Shown: positions 29,993 to 40,393, numbered from the stretch's first letter. The stretch is 64,000 nucleotides of DNA from Candidatus Bathyarchaeota archaeon (GCA_963827165.1 CAWGZR010000003.1:128001-192000), one strand, 5' to 3'. The notes: generated by a model from the sequence alone, not told the origin. A program made the numbers and translations.

Positions 29993-30263
29993 AAAATTTT
30001 TGATGCTTTTCAGTCAATATTTAAAGTTAAGGATTTGCATTTGCAAATGACCCAAAAGTTAAAGCCAATGAAAAATCTTTTATCTCAAAAACAAGCGCAT
30101 AACCTTTGATCATGTCGCTTCAAAGCCTAAGATTGGTTCTGATGATTAGGTTAAACCAGAAAAAACTCTTTCTCTATACGGGGCGCAGATTTTGATAGGT
30201 CTTGGTAGATTAGTAAATATATACGAAAATAGTCTGATTTAGAAAATTTTTGACAAATTGAGA

Positions 30264-30309
30264 GTTGTGGTTTGAACCCTGCACGGTTCAGATCCCGCCC
30301 GGTCCACCA
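30264..30309 (+). repeat. Palindromic att-like site with tRNA-Ala-like 3' end (inner, right)
   Basis: GTTGTGGTTTGAACC-CTGCAC-GGTTCAGATCCCGCCCGGTCCACCA. Confidence 0.75.
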
Positions 30310-30508
30310 GACTAAAATTAGCTCCGAATTGCTGTAAGGCATAAGTTGTTTCAAATTTGTTCCTTGTAGCCGACTAGCGCGTTCGATAAAACTTTTTTCT
30401 TGACTCTAAAAAAGAAATAGTCTGCAGAATAAATTCTTGCACTTGTAAAAATAGACAAAAAAGAAAAAGGGAGATTGAGGAATGAAATCGCCCGCATGTA
30501 GAGGTGAC

Positions 30509-30523
30509 TCCCGTCGGACCCGC
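30509..30523 (+). repeat. tRNA 3'-end-like direct repeat (outer att-like site, right)
   Basis: TCCCGTCGGACCCGC is identical to 3989-4003. Confidence 0.7.
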
Positions 30524-30640
30524 TCCTGTACATCAGTCATTTATACTGATGCTTCATTTTTTGGTAGTTGTGTCTTTGATTTGCCCGTTCTTTTTTGTTT
30601 AAAACCAAGAAGTTTAGAGTATTGAAAAAAAAACAGTTGC

Positions 30641-31582
30641 CTAATCAGGCAACTCAAGATTTAGTTGCTTTTTTAGTGTTTTGTAGCGATTACGTACGGT
30701 TACTTCAGTTACACCAGCAGCTTCAGCGATGTCCTTTTGGGTCTTTTTCTCGCAGTTCTGTAAGCAAGCAAGGTAGTGGGCGGCAGCAGCTAACCCCATC
30801 GGGTCTTTTCCAGCGGCAGCACGTTTGCGTCTTGCATCTAAGAGAATTTGGATTGCTGTACCTTGGGTTGTGCCTGAAATGCCCGTTTTTTCTGCGATTT
30901 TAGATACGTACGTCCGTGCATCAGCGATAGGCACATGCAAATCAAGCTGACACAACAATAGTCTATAGCACCTCGAAACGTCTTTCTTATCAACGAGGCT
31001 AGCTTCAGCAATTTCATTCAATGAGCGTGGTGTTCCGCTTCCACGGCAAGCGGCATAAAGCGAAGCAGCAGCGATAGCGGCAATTGATCTTCCTCTAACA
31101 AGACCTTTATCTAACGCTTTTCGATAAACCACTGCTGCCTTTTCTTTGACTGACGGTGAAATGTAGACCTTGTCTGAGAGTCTATCAAGTTCTGCCATGG
31201 CTTGAGCAAGGTTTCTGTCGATAGATGAATGCACTCGACTGCGTATTTGCCATTTGCGAAGACGCCACATCTGCAGCCTTGTCGCCAAGGGCAGTTTTCT
31301 CCCAAACGCATCTCGGTCGACCTGGCTAATGGCTGTTGATAATCCTTTGTCATGAACAGAGTATGATGTTGGAACTCCAACACGGCTTCTCGAAGCCTTC
31401 TCCTCTTGGGTAAACGCGCGCCATTCCGGTCCTTTATCCATCATTTGCTCATAGAGAACCAAGCCGCAGTCACCGCATACAGTTTCGCCGGTGTCATAAT
31501 CGTGAACCAAGTTCTCGCTACCGCACCCTGGGCATTTGTCGGACAAGCGGGCCTGTGCTTTAGTTGCTTCTCTTTTGCTCAT
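30641..31582 (-). CDS. tfb: Transcription initiation factor IIB
   Basis: Zn ribbon CPGC..CGDCG, GPEWRAF, RGRSI, GKDPMG, VTEVTVRNRY. Confidence 0.97.
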   Translation of the reverse strand: MSKREATKAQARLSDKCPGCGSENLVHDYDTGETVCGDCGLVLYEQMMDKGPEWRAFTQEEKASRSRVGVPTSYSVHDKGLSTAISQVDRDAFGRKLPLATRLQMWRLRKWQIRSRVHSSIDRNLAQAMAELDRLSDKVYISPSVKEKAAVVYRKALDKGLVRGRSIAAIAAASLYAACRGSGTPRSLNEIAEASLVDKKDVSRCYRLLLCQLDLHVPIADARTYVSKIAEKTGISGTTQGTAIQILLDARRKRAAAGKDPMGLAAAAHYLACLQNCEKKTQKDIAEAAGVTEVTVRNRYKTLKKQLNLELPD

Positions 31583-31860
31583 TTTTTTACCTCCTTTTCA
31601 ACAGGCATAGAATCGTCTAGAGAGTCGTCTATGCAATAATCTTGCTAGAAAACAGTATATCCATACTAAATAGTTTAAAGGAATTTACTGTTTTGCTACT
31701 ATCATGTAAATGGTTTGGCGATTAATATGCAAGTGTACCTGATATTTTCAAATTATCATGAACAATATTTCAATGTGCTGTAATTTATGTAAGCGTTGAG
31801 GGGTGCGCCTTGAGCCTAAACTTGTCAGGATAAGAGGCTGTAGAGCCGCTCTGTTGTTCA

Positions 31861-32529
31861 TCAAGCGTTTTTTATTATTCGAGTTAAGAGGCGTTGCTCT
31901 GCTTTTCTTCTGTGCTCTACTATTGTGGCGCTGTTGAGCTTTAGTTTTTTGGATAGTTCTTGGTTGCTGATTCTTCGGGGCGTTTCATAGTATCCATGCT
32001 CAAACGCTGAAACAAGCACAGTTCGCTGCTTTTCTGTCAAGTAGGTGAGAGGCGATTCGGGTGAAAACTTGGCGTCAATGAGTGAAACCACTTTGTAACG
32101 AATGCCCGTTTTGTCTATGTTTTCTAGGAGATTTTTTACCTGCTTCTCGTCGCCAAGAAAGACAATTTTGAGTTTGCCCTCTCTTAATCCAAATGGCGGG
32201 GATAGGTAAACGTCAAATGGCATGATGCCCTGCTCTTCGGTGTGCCTTCGCATTTTATCATTGATGAAATAAGTGAATACTCCGTTCTTATCTTGTTCAA
32301 GAAGTTGTATTTTTGCCCCCTTGAGAAATAAGTCCTCGACTTTAACTGAGGGATCTTTGAATTCTACCTTGACTATGTAAGCGAACTCTTCATGGTCGAA
32401 CCTGAGCATATACAGTACCTCGAAGGATTTTATCTTTTGAAGAGGCATGTCTTTTTCGATTTTGCTTAATTCTTCCTCTAAAATCTCCAAAACTAATCTG
32501 CGCATAAAAATGAGCCTGTTAAACATCAA
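31861..32529 (-). CDS. HTH-10 (Bat-like) transcriptional regulator
   Basis: LTEKQRTVLVSAFEHGYYETPRR...EHRRKAE. Confidence 0.9.
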   Translation of the reverse strand: MMFNRLIFMRRLVLEILEEELSKIEKDMPLQKIKSFEVLYMLRFDHEEFAYIVKVEFKDPSVKVEDLFLKGAKIQLLEQDKNGVFTYFINDKMRRHTEEQGIMPFDVYLSPPFGLREGKLKIVFLGDEKQVKNLLENIDKTGIRYKVVSLIDAKFSPESPLTYLTEKQRTVLVSAFEHGYYETPRRISNQELSKKLKLNSATIVEHRRKAEQRLLTRIIKNA

Positions 32530-32713
32530 TAATAATTTTTTCCTAAAAAACTAAAGCCTATCCTGTGTGGTACAAAGTTAATCCGTGTCGGGAACATTTG
32601 ATGTAGAAAACGGGAAGAGGAAAACACGATCAACAAAAGTCAAAATCACATTGGAAAAGCCAATGAACTTTACAGTATATCTCTAACAGTGAAGTTGGTG
32701 GGTTAAGTACAGC

Positions 32714-33193
32714 ATGAAGTCTCTGATAGTTTGTTATTCTTTTCATCACAATAATACTCAGAAAGTAGCTCAATCTATGGCAAAAATTCTCGATGCACCA
32801 GTCAATACTCCACAACAAACTAACCCAGTGGAGCTTCAACTGTTTGACTTAGTGGGGTTTGGGTCAGGAATATTTGGAGAAAAACACCACGAAATTCTGC
32901 TTGAATTTGCCGATAAACTCCCACAAGTCACCAACAAGAAAGCATTCATTTTCTCAACGAGTTTCGTTGGTGTTGATTCACTGTTCTTTGGGAAAGTTAC
33001 AGGTAAATTTCACACAGCACTTAGAGAGAAACTGCAATCTAAAGGCTACACAGTTGTTGGGGAGTTTAATTGCAAGGGCTTTAACACTAATCGTATCTAT
33101 GGTCGGTTTGGTGGAATGAATAAAGGCAGACCTAACGCCGAAGACCTCAAACATGCAGAAGAGTTTGCCTTGAAAATTACGCAATCCACATAA
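32714..33193 (+). CDS. Flavodoxin family protein
   Basis: SFHHNNTQKVA, DLVGFGSGIF, FNCKGF, KGRPN. Confidence 0.9.
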   Translation: MKSLIVCYSFHHNNTQKVAQSMAKILDAPVNTPQQTNPVELQLFDLVGFGSGIFGEKHHEILLEFADKLPQVTNKKAFIFSTSFVGVDSLFFGKVTGKFHTALREKLQSKGYTVVGEFNCKGFNTNRIYGRFGGMNKGRPNAEDLKHAEEFALKITQST

Positions 33194-33306
33194 TTTGTCG
33201 ACCAGCATCTTCCTACGTCTCAAATCTCTTTAAAAACTCATACGTCGACAAGAGCTTGACTCTCTTATTCCTTACATATAGCTATCAAAAGTAGTGAAGG
33301 CTGTTC

Positions 33307-34172
33307 TTACTCGTTTAACATTTCAGCGAGTAGTCGCCTCTCCGCTCGCCTCAAGTGAACAGCTAACGTGGAACTTGAAAGGCCAAGCTTTTGTGCAAGT
33401 TCGTCTGCGCTTATTTTTCGGGGCGTATCAAAGTAGCCGAGCCTAAACGCTAAGGAAATGGCTTCTTGCTGTTTTTCGGTCAAGCGACTAATCGGCGAAT
33501 TAGGCGAGAATTTAGCATCCGTTAACGATAGCACCTTATAGTTAACCCCTCGGTTTTCAAGCAACGCCTTGACCTGCTCGCTATCCCCGACAAGGGTAAC
33601 CCTAACTTTTCCATCCTTGACACCAAAAGGCAACATAGGGTACATCCCTCTTCTGCTCGCTGTTCCTGAACCTGACTGAAGCGTTTTTCCCTTGATAAAA
33701 TAGATGCAAGCGCCTCTATCCTGTTCTAAAAGCTGACATTCGAAGTTGAGGTTTTGAAGGAGTGATTTTAAAAGTTCTTCAACCTTCAAAGAGTTATCCT
33801 CGGGCTCTAATCTGAATATTGCTGCCGTTTCAGAGGAATCAAATCTTAAAATGTGAAGCACCTCAAATGATTTGATTTTTTTAATTGTCTCAAGCCTGTC
33901 TAATTCAGTAAATTCAGCTTTTTTGATTAGTTTTGAATCGTCCTGTTCTCCGGACTTTTTCGAGTTTCTAGATTTCTCTATCCTTAATTTGTTTGATTGC
34001 TTCGTTGATTGACATCTCACATAACTTCAAGCCTGTCTAATTCAGTAAATTCAGCTTTTTTGATTAGTTTTGAATCGTCCTGTTCTCCGGACTTTTTGAG
34101 TTTCTCGATTTCTCTATCCTTAATTTGTTTGATTGCTCCGTTGATTGACCACTCTACAACTAGCCTGCGCAT
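33307..34172 (-). pseudogene. HTH-10 regulator with N-terminus disrupted by a tandem duplication
   Basis: ATG at 34172 (MRRLVVE, like paralog MRRLVLE) stops at 34017; ORF 33307..34020 carries GYFDTPR..HLRRAE. Confidence 0.75.
33890..34149. repeat. Tandem duplication, period ~137 bp
   Basis: TCAAGCCTGTCTAATTCAG...TTGATTGAC at 33890-34013 and 34027-34149 with few differences. Confidence 0.95.
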
Positions 34173-34282
34173 GTGATTACATTACAACTAATCAATAAAT
34201 AAATGTTGTAACGAATATGCTCGCTACAAGCTTAATCCGAAACCGCAACCATGTATCAGGAAATTACATGAAGTGAAAAATA

Positions 34283-35284
34283 ATGGAACCATTGGATATT
34301 ATTTCGGTCGAAAACCTCGTAGAGATCTATGCTGACGGCACAAGAGCACTTGAAGGGATCTCTTTTAATGTGAAAGAGGGCGAGTTTTTCGGGTTTCTGG
34401 GGCCGAATGGCGCAGGAAAAAGCACCACAATCAAAATCCTCACCACGCTCCTCAAAAAGACTTCAGGGCACGTGCAAGTAGCTGGTTACGATTTAGAAAA
34501 ATCGCCAAAAGAAATCCGAAAAGTCATCGGAGTCCTCACACAAGAAACCATAATAGACGTTGATCTAACAGGCAAAGAAAACCTCCGTCTTCAAGGTCGT
34601 CTCCAACAAATGCATGGTAGCGCCTTAGAGAAACAAGTGGATAAGTTGCTGAAAACTGTGCAGCTTGAGGAATTCGCAAACAAACCTGCTGGTCGATATT
34701 CAGGCGGCATGAAAAAAAGGCTTGACCTCGCCTCTGCTCTAATCCATAAGCCTAAATTACTTTTCCTTGATGAGCCGACGACTGGGCTTGATCCTCAAGC
34801 TCGTGCGTCAATATGGGATTACCTGGACGAGCTAAACAGAGAAGAAGGCATTACGATATTTTTGACGACTCAGTACTTGGAGGAGGCAGACAAACTCTGC
34901 CGGCGGCTCTCAATAATTGATCACGGGAAGATTGTTGCTGGTGGTTCGCCAGCAGAACTCAAGCAAGCAATCGGACATGACACCATAACTCTTTCACTAA
35001 AGAACCCAAAAGATTCCTTGTTGAGATCCGAAACAAAAAGGATTTTGCAAGAAATTCCGGGAGTAGTGGATGTTACTGATTCAGACGGCGGCATTGCTGC
35101 TCATGCTAAGAACGCAGACGAAATAATAGCTGACGTAGTTACAGCGTTGGACCGCAACAACATTCGCCCGACTTCTTTGAACATGTCCTCTCCAACACTT
35201 GATGATGTTTTCCTGCACCATACGGGCCGAAGAATAAGACCCGAAGAACTCGGCAGAAAAGTCACCGAACAAATATTAATGTGA
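34283..35284 (+). CDS. ABC transporter ATP-binding protein (DrrA-like)
   Basis: GPNGAGKST, YSGGM, LDEPTTGLD. Confidence 0.95.
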   Translation: MEPLDIISVENLVEIYADGTRALEGISFNVKEGEFFGFLGPNGAGKSTTIKILTTLLKKTSGHVQVAGYDLEKSPKEIRKVIGVLTQETIIDVDLTGKENLRLQGRLQQMHGSALEKQVDKLLKTVQLEEFANKPAGRYSGGMKKRLDLASALIHKPKLLFLDEPTTGLDPQARASIWDYLDELNREEGITIFLTTQYLEEADKLCRRLSIIDHGKIVAGGSPAELKQAIGHDTITLSLKNPKDSLLRSETKRILQEIPGVVDVTDSDGGIAAHAKNADEIIADVVTALDRNNIRPTSLNMSSPTLDDVFLHHTGRRIRPEELGRKVTEQILM

Positions 35285-35296
35285 GGTAAACTGAAA

Positions 35297-36058
35297 ATGA
35301 CTCTATTTTATGACATTCAATCCTTGTTCCAAAGAGCTTTAACAAAACTTCGGAGAAACCCTACTTTACTGTTTGTCCACCTCTTCACGCCATTACTGTT
35401 TCTGATCCTTTTCTCGCAGTTACTTCAAAAACTCGGCATTTTTCTAGGGCCCACTGGGAGTTACCTTGCTTACCTTACGCCTGGGATATTGGTATTGAAT
35501 TTAGTAATTGGTATGCCCTCGGGCCAGTCGATTGTGAGTGATCTTAACTCGGGGTTTCTTCAGAAAGTGCTTTTAACTCCCGCTAGCAGATCGGCCATTT
35601 TGCTTGGTCGCTTGATAAGCGACATACTCGTGCTCATGGCACAATCAGCCATAATAATAGGAGTCGCAGTGCTGCTGGGTCTTAGAATCGCGACCGGAGT
35701 CGGTGGACTTTTACTCATTTTCGTGACTTTTGCCTTCTTCGGACTTGCTTGGTTTGGGCTTTCACTTGCCTTAGGCTTGAAGACAAAGAACGCAGAAACT
35801 CTATCAGCAATGTCCAATATTATAGCCTTACCACTTTTGTTCATTAGCAGTGGTCTCTTTCCCACATCAATCATGCCTCTTTGGGCACGAACCATTTCTG
35901 ACTACAACCCATTAAGTTACGTCGCAAACGTAACAAGGAGCTTAGTCGAGGGAGGGTTGACGTGGAGTACATTTGCCTCTGCTTACGCTGTAATCGGACT
36001 GATTGCAATTGTGACTTTCAGCGCCACCTTGTACCTATTCAGGAAGGTGGTCAGCTAA
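35297..36058 (+). CDS. ABC-2 type permease
   Basis: Six TM segments; YLTPG, GRL, NPLSY. Confidence 0.9.
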   Translation: MTLFYDIQSLFQRALTKLRRNPTLLFVHLFTPLLFLILFSQLLQKLGIFLGPTGSYLAYLTPGILVLNLVIGMPSGQSIVSDLNSGFLQKVLLTPASRSAILLGRLISDILVLMAQSAIIIGVAVLLGLRIATGVGGLLLIFVTFAFFGLAWFGLSLALGLKTKNAETLSAMSNIIALPLLFISSGLFPTSIMPLWARTISDYNPLSYVANVTRSLVEGGLTWSTFASAYAVIGLIAIVTFSATLYLFRKVVS

Positions 36059-36216
36059 TAGGACTGAAAAATGACAACAGAAAACCTATTTCTATTTTAC
36101 CGCCGAAGCTGAATTGAGTTTTCGCAAATGCGATGAGGCTTTAGCGGTTGAATGCCCTATATATAGATGCTTTATATACCCCTGTGTATTTAAATACTCA
36201 AGCGTGTGAATTCACC

Positions 36217-36783
36217 ATGAGCAAACGAAAACCAATTATAAACATTCAAAATATCGTTGCTTCTGTTTCACTTAATCAGAAAATAGACTTGCAGAAAATC
36301 GTTGAAAAGTTTCCACAGACGGAGTACAACCCGAGCGTTTTCCCAGGCTTAGTTTTCCGACTGAAAAAACCTAAAACTGCAACTTTGATTTTCGGCACAG
36401 GCAAAATGGTTTGCACAGGCGCCAAATCTGAGAAAGAATCACGCAGCGCTGTAGAAAAAGTTGTGAAGGAACTTCGCGGCGAAGGCATCCAAATCACAGA
36501 GAAACCAATCGTTAACATCCAAAACATTGTTGCTTCCGCAGAATTGGGCGGCGAAATTGACCTCGAAAGCCTTGTCTATAAGTTAAGCCGCGTAATGTAT
36601 GAGCCCGAGCAGTTTCCAGGAGCGGTGTTCCGCATGGACGAACCCAAAGTTGTGTTCCTGATATTCTCAGCCGGCAAATTGGTCTGCGTGGGAGCCAAAA
36701 AAGAAGAGCAGGTTTACGAAGCGGTCGACAAAATCCAAGCGCTCCTCGAAGAAAAAGAACTCATCTACTACCCAACCGCCTAA
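36217..36783 (+). CDS. tbp: TATA-box binding protein
   Basis: Two NIQNIVAS...YxPxxFPG...IFxxGKxVC repeats; TATTTAAATA box upstream. Confidence 0.98.
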   Translation: MSKRKPIINIQNIVASVSLNQKIDLQKIVEKFPQTEYNPSVFPGLVFRLKKPKTATLIFGTGKMVCTGAKSEKESRSAVEKVVKELRGEGIQITEKPIVNIQNIVASAELGGEIDLESLVYKLSRVMYEPEQFPGAVFRMDEPKVVFLIFSAGKLVCVGAKKEEQVYEAVDKIQALLEEKELIYYPTA

Positions 36784-37118
36784 AATCGTCCTTTAATTTT
36801 TTTCTTTCCCTTGGCTGGCAGCTAAATCGATAATTGTTGCCATGACGCAAGGGTGAATAACTGGTTTTTTCGAAGAAATTTGTTTTTTTCGTGTTGAAAA
36901 CAGTTGATTTCATAATTGATTAATGAGGTATCGGTTGATTGGGCAAAACATTGCTAAGGTTCAGGGGAACCCATTTAGAAAAAACATTAAACTGGAAACA
37001 AAGCTTTCTTTAGACTTCTGATTGCTTATCCGCTTGCTGGCTGTTCCACCAGCGGAACAGTTTGTTCCATACGGAGAGCTAAATATCGCATCAACTTATG
37101 GCTTCTCGATGAACGGCG

Positions 37119-38000
37119 ATGGTTAACAAAACAAAAATCACATGTTTAGCTACTGTAAGCTTGATTGTTTTAGCTTTGGGGTCATTTCTCATTGTCCAAG
37201 GCGGCTTGTCATCTGCCCAGTCTTCAGAGCAGAATCAGGCATATTCTTGCTTAACGAAGGTTTTGAACATAGACCTAAGCCACTACCAAGTTCAAGCGGA
37301 ACCCATCTTGACGCTTCCTTCGGAACCAAACGACAATTCTGTGACCGAGCAAGTCAGCTACAACCTGACGTCAACCGACAGCAACCTCCTAGTCGTCTTC
37401 CTCTACAAAGACAGCGCCCTATACCAACTCGCTCTTACCACCCTGTCAGGTTCAGTCGTTACTGCACGCAACTACACAAACCTAAATGATGCAGCCGTAG
37501 ATTTCCTGTCAAGGTACGAAACGGTAAGCGCAGTGGATTTGGCACCGCTTATACGACTTGTTGCGACACTCAACAGCACCGAGGGTACGGCGCACGCAGG
37601 AAACCTGACGTTTTCCGCCAGCAGCGGTCCCCTCTTACCCGGCCACACTGTGGCAAGCTACCGTTGGTTTTACTCATCCGACAACGCCACTGTTAGCCTC
37701 GACTTCGACAACGGAGTTTTTCACGGCTTCGAGTACTTCGGCTTCACCTCTCAGGACAGCAAAGCAGCCATGAATGCACTGCCCTCGCCGACGCAGACCA
37801 TGTCGACAGCCGTGCCACCCAATTCAGCAGTTGAATCCCAGCCTTCAGCAATGCCGCCTCAGAACCAAGAGAATCAGTCAGAGAAAACCCTATTCTACAT
37901 CATTGCCCTTCTTAGCCGCCGTTATAGTTGCGGCAAGCATAGTAGCAGTTTATCAGCTGAGAAGCACCCGCAAAACAAAGGCAACCGGCTAAATTACTGA
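37119..38000 (+). CDS. Exported protein with probable C-terminal TM anchor (frameshift near 37905)
   Basis: Signal peptide; FLAAVIVAASIVAVYQLRSTRK lies in the adjacent frame. Confidence 0.6.
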   Translation: MVNKTKITCLATVSLIVLALGSFLIVQGGLSSAQSSEQNQAYSCLTKVLNIDLSHYQVQAEPILTLPSEPNDNSVTEQVSYNLTSTDSNLLVVFLYKDSALYQLALTTLSGSVVTARNYTNLNDAAVDFLSRYETVSAVDLAPLIRLVATLNSTEGTAHAGNLTFSASSGPLLPGHTVASYRWFYSSDNATVSLDFDNGVFHGFEYFGFTSQDSKAAMNALPSPTQTMSTAVPPNSAVESQPSAMPPQNQENQSEKTLFYIIALLSRRYSCGKHSSSLSAEKHPQNKGNRLNY

Positions 38001-38701
38001 GAATTAATTCTGCGGCGAACAGCCGGGTTTTGCTCAGACAGTTTTTTCAGAGCCAGCTCAAACGTTTCGTCGGGAGCTAATTCTCTTTTAACAAAAACCC
38101 CTGTCCGCCCAACCGTATCTCGCTTAATTAATGTGTGCACGCGGTCCAGCACAGTCTCAGCTGAGACGCCCAGAATTTTGGCGGCAACCTGTTCCCTGCC
38201 GATAACACTGCTTTCCACATGACCCGTCTCCGTCGGTTCAATAAGCATAAGCCGCTTATCCACACCTGGAAACCGTGCATCCGCTTTGAGCTGGGATAGG
38301 TTTGCTTCTCCTCCGAAGCGGTAAAACTCGCGTTCAACTCTGCGCATCTCCATCAAGGGGAACGAAACCGAGATTCGTTCGCTGACTTCGATATGAGCTT
38401 TCATGGCGTAAGTTGGGGTAGCTTGAACGATTAACCTGTTGTTGATGGGCACAGAGGCTTTTTCCATTGCGGTTTCAACGAGGAAGCTGTTCTGCACTTC
38501 GCTGATGAAAATGTCAACGTCGCTTCCCTTCTTGACATCGCCTCTTGCGATGCTTCCATGAGTAATCGATGACAAGTGAAACGCTTCTAAAGCTGTCATA
38601 ACCTTGACTGCTTCGCCTCTGAGTTCCTCAAGTAGAGCCCACCGTGCAGTGGTGTACGTTACTTCATTGTAGTCTGCAGGTTTAGTGGGCTTAACAGCCA
38701 T
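37994..38701 (-). CDS. DNA polymerase beta-like nucleotidyltransferase (COG2413-like)
   Basis: HGSIARGDV..SDVD, EREFYRFGG, GVDKRL, GRTGVF. Confidence 0.88.
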   Translation of the reverse strand: MAVKPTKPADYNEVTYTTARWALLEELRGEAVKVMTALEAFHLSSITHGSIARGDVKKGSDVDIFISEVQNSFLVETAMEKASVPINNRLIVQATPTYAMKAHIEVSERISVSFPLMEMRRVEREFYRFGGEANLSQLKADARFPGVDKRLMLIEPTETGHVESSVIGREQVAAKILGVSAETVLDRVHTLIKRDTVGRTGVFVKRELAPDETFELALKKLSEQNPAVRRRINSQ

Positions 38702-38780
38702 GTTCTCGAGCCTTTCTAGTCTTTAAGACTGCACTCTTTATTTACCTTAACAGTCAATCAACATTTGATTGAGCTAAACC

Positions 38781-39731
38781 TTGGGAAAATCGTTGTCTGG
38801 TCCTTTGTGCAGTGCATGCAAAACTCGAGAAGCCTTCTTTCACAGGCAATACTCAGGGGAAACACTGTGCAGTAAATGCTTCACAGAATCCATCGAAGAT
38901 AAAGTACGGGCAACCATCACGCGTTACCATATGCTCAGCTTTAACGATCATTTGGCTGTGGCAGTTTCAGGCGGCAAAGACAGCTTGAGCTTGCTCCATA
39001 TCTTGGCGAAGATGAAGCATCACCGCCCCAAAACCATGCTTACCGCCGTGACCGTTGACGAAGGCATCGCAGGATACCGAAACGAAGCTTTAACGGTTGC
39101 AGCTGAAAGTTGCACAGCTCTTAAAATTCCCCATCACATCGTCTCCTTCAAAGATCTCTTCGGATTCACGCTTGACGAAATGATACAAAAAACCCGCGCT
39201 AAAGGCAACACGGAGCTCACAGCCTGCGCGTATTGCGGGGTTCTTCGGCGAAAAGCGATCAACATCGGCGCAAGACAAGTCAATGCAAACAAGGTTGCAA
39301 CAGCCCACACTCTTGACGACGAAGATCAAACCGTGTTGATGAACATTTTCCGCGGCGACATCTCGCGTCTCGCAAAAGAGAAACCCGTCACAAGCCAAGT
39401 GCATCCCCTATTGGTTCAGAGAATCAAGCCTTTCTGCGAGATTCCGGAGAACGAAAGCGCCCTTTACGCATACGTGAAAAAAATCAAATTCCAAGATACA
39501 CCATGCCCCTACGCATCTGAAGCATTACGCAACGACATGCGTTGGATGCTGAACCGCATGGAAGCGAAGCATGCAGGAACCAAATTCACATTGCAGCGAG
39601 CTATCGAGAGGTTGAGGCCAGCACTGGAGGAAACCGCGTCTAAAGAAGAATTCAAATTATGTGTTGAATGTGGCGAGCCGTCCTCTGGTAATTTGTGCAT
39701 GGCATGCAGCATGCTGCGTCAGATACGTTAG
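38781..39731 (+). CDS. tRNA 2-thiolation protein (NcsA/TtuA, TIGR00269-like)
   Basis: SGGKDS PP-loop, CAYCGVLRR, AHTLDD, CPY, terminal Zn fingers. Confidence 0.9.
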   Translation: MGKSLSGPLCSACKTREAFFHRQYSGETLCSKCFTESIEDKVRATITRYHMLSFNDHLAVAVSGGKDSLSLLHILAKMKHHRPKTMLTAVTVDEGIAGYRNEALTVAAESCTALKIPHHIVSFKDLFGFTLDEMIQKTRAKGNTELTACAYCGVLRRKAINIGARQVNANKVATAHTLDDEDQTVLMNIFRGDISRLAKEKPVTSQVHPLLVQRIKPFCEIPENESALYAYVKKIKFQDTPCPYASEALRNDMRWMLNRMEAKHAGTKFTLQRAIERLRPALEETASKEEFKLCVECGEPSSGNLCMACSMLRQIR

Positions 39732-39934
39732 GGTGTTTTCGAGAATCCTTTTTCGCTTTTGAGCTTTCGAAGTAAGTTCGAAGCTTCGAAGGCGTTCTCT
39801 GCCGAAGCCACTTTTTTTGCTTTGGAGAGGTTTACATGTGCGCCACAGTATGGACAGATTTTGGTTTTCTGCAGTTTCGTGGTCAACATTAAGCCTTGAC
39901 ATTGGGTGCATTTGACGATTTGGGTAGGCTTCAT
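39728..39934 (-). CDS. DUF1922-like zinc ribbon protein
   Basis: CTQC..KTKICPYCG. Confidence 0.7.
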   Translation of the reverse strand: MKPTQIVKCTQCQGLMLTTKLQKTKICPYCGAHVNLSKAKKVASAENAFEASNLLRKLKSEKGFSKTP

Positions 39935-40004
39935 TAATTTGGCATCCGAAAGCCTTTTCCCCACACGGGTTGATAAGGGTATGCAGGGAAAAGGGTGCGA
40001 GAGC

Positions 40005-40367
40005 ATGAGTGAGGATAAAGTAACGGTGAAGCCTAGGGCACACCTCATAGGGTTGGCTGTTAAGTATTTCAAAAAGGAAGGCTACAAAGTTAACAGAGAA
40101 GAAGCCACATTGGAAGGCTACAGCGGAGAAACCCGCCACTTCGATTTAATCGTTCAGAAAGGCCGTCAAGAACAGGGCGTCTGGGTTCGAGATTGGAACC
40201 GAACCGTCGGCGTCAACCTAATCATAGGATTGGACACCGCTTCAGAAGACGTCGGCTTAGGCAGCCCAATCATGATAGCGGACAAATTCAGCGACCACGC
40301 CAAAAGCTACAGCAACCGCCGAAAAATCACGCTGCTCACAAAGCAGAAAATGGGCAGCTTCATGTGA
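40005..40367 (+). CDS. Mrr-like restriction-fold protein
   Basis: YFKKEGYKV, LEGYSG..HFDL, FSDHAKSY..ITLL. Confidence 0.7.
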   Translation: MSEDKVTVKPRAHLIGLAVKYFKKEGYKVNREEATLEGYSGETRHFDLIVQKGRQEQGVWVRDWNRTVGVNLIIGLDTASEDVGLGSPIMIADKFSDHAKSYSNRRKITLLTKQKMGSFM

Positions 40368-40393
40368 CGCTCATCGCTTACGGTCTTTGTTTA

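Larger units (their letters stand above)
11827..30309. mobile_element. Integrative element (~18.5 kb) headed by a tyrosine integrase
   Basis: Direct tRNA-like repeats at both ends; inverted ends CAGGGTTCAGGTCACAAC (11857) and GTTGTGGTTTGAACCCTG (30264); integrase is the first gene. Confidence 0.7.
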
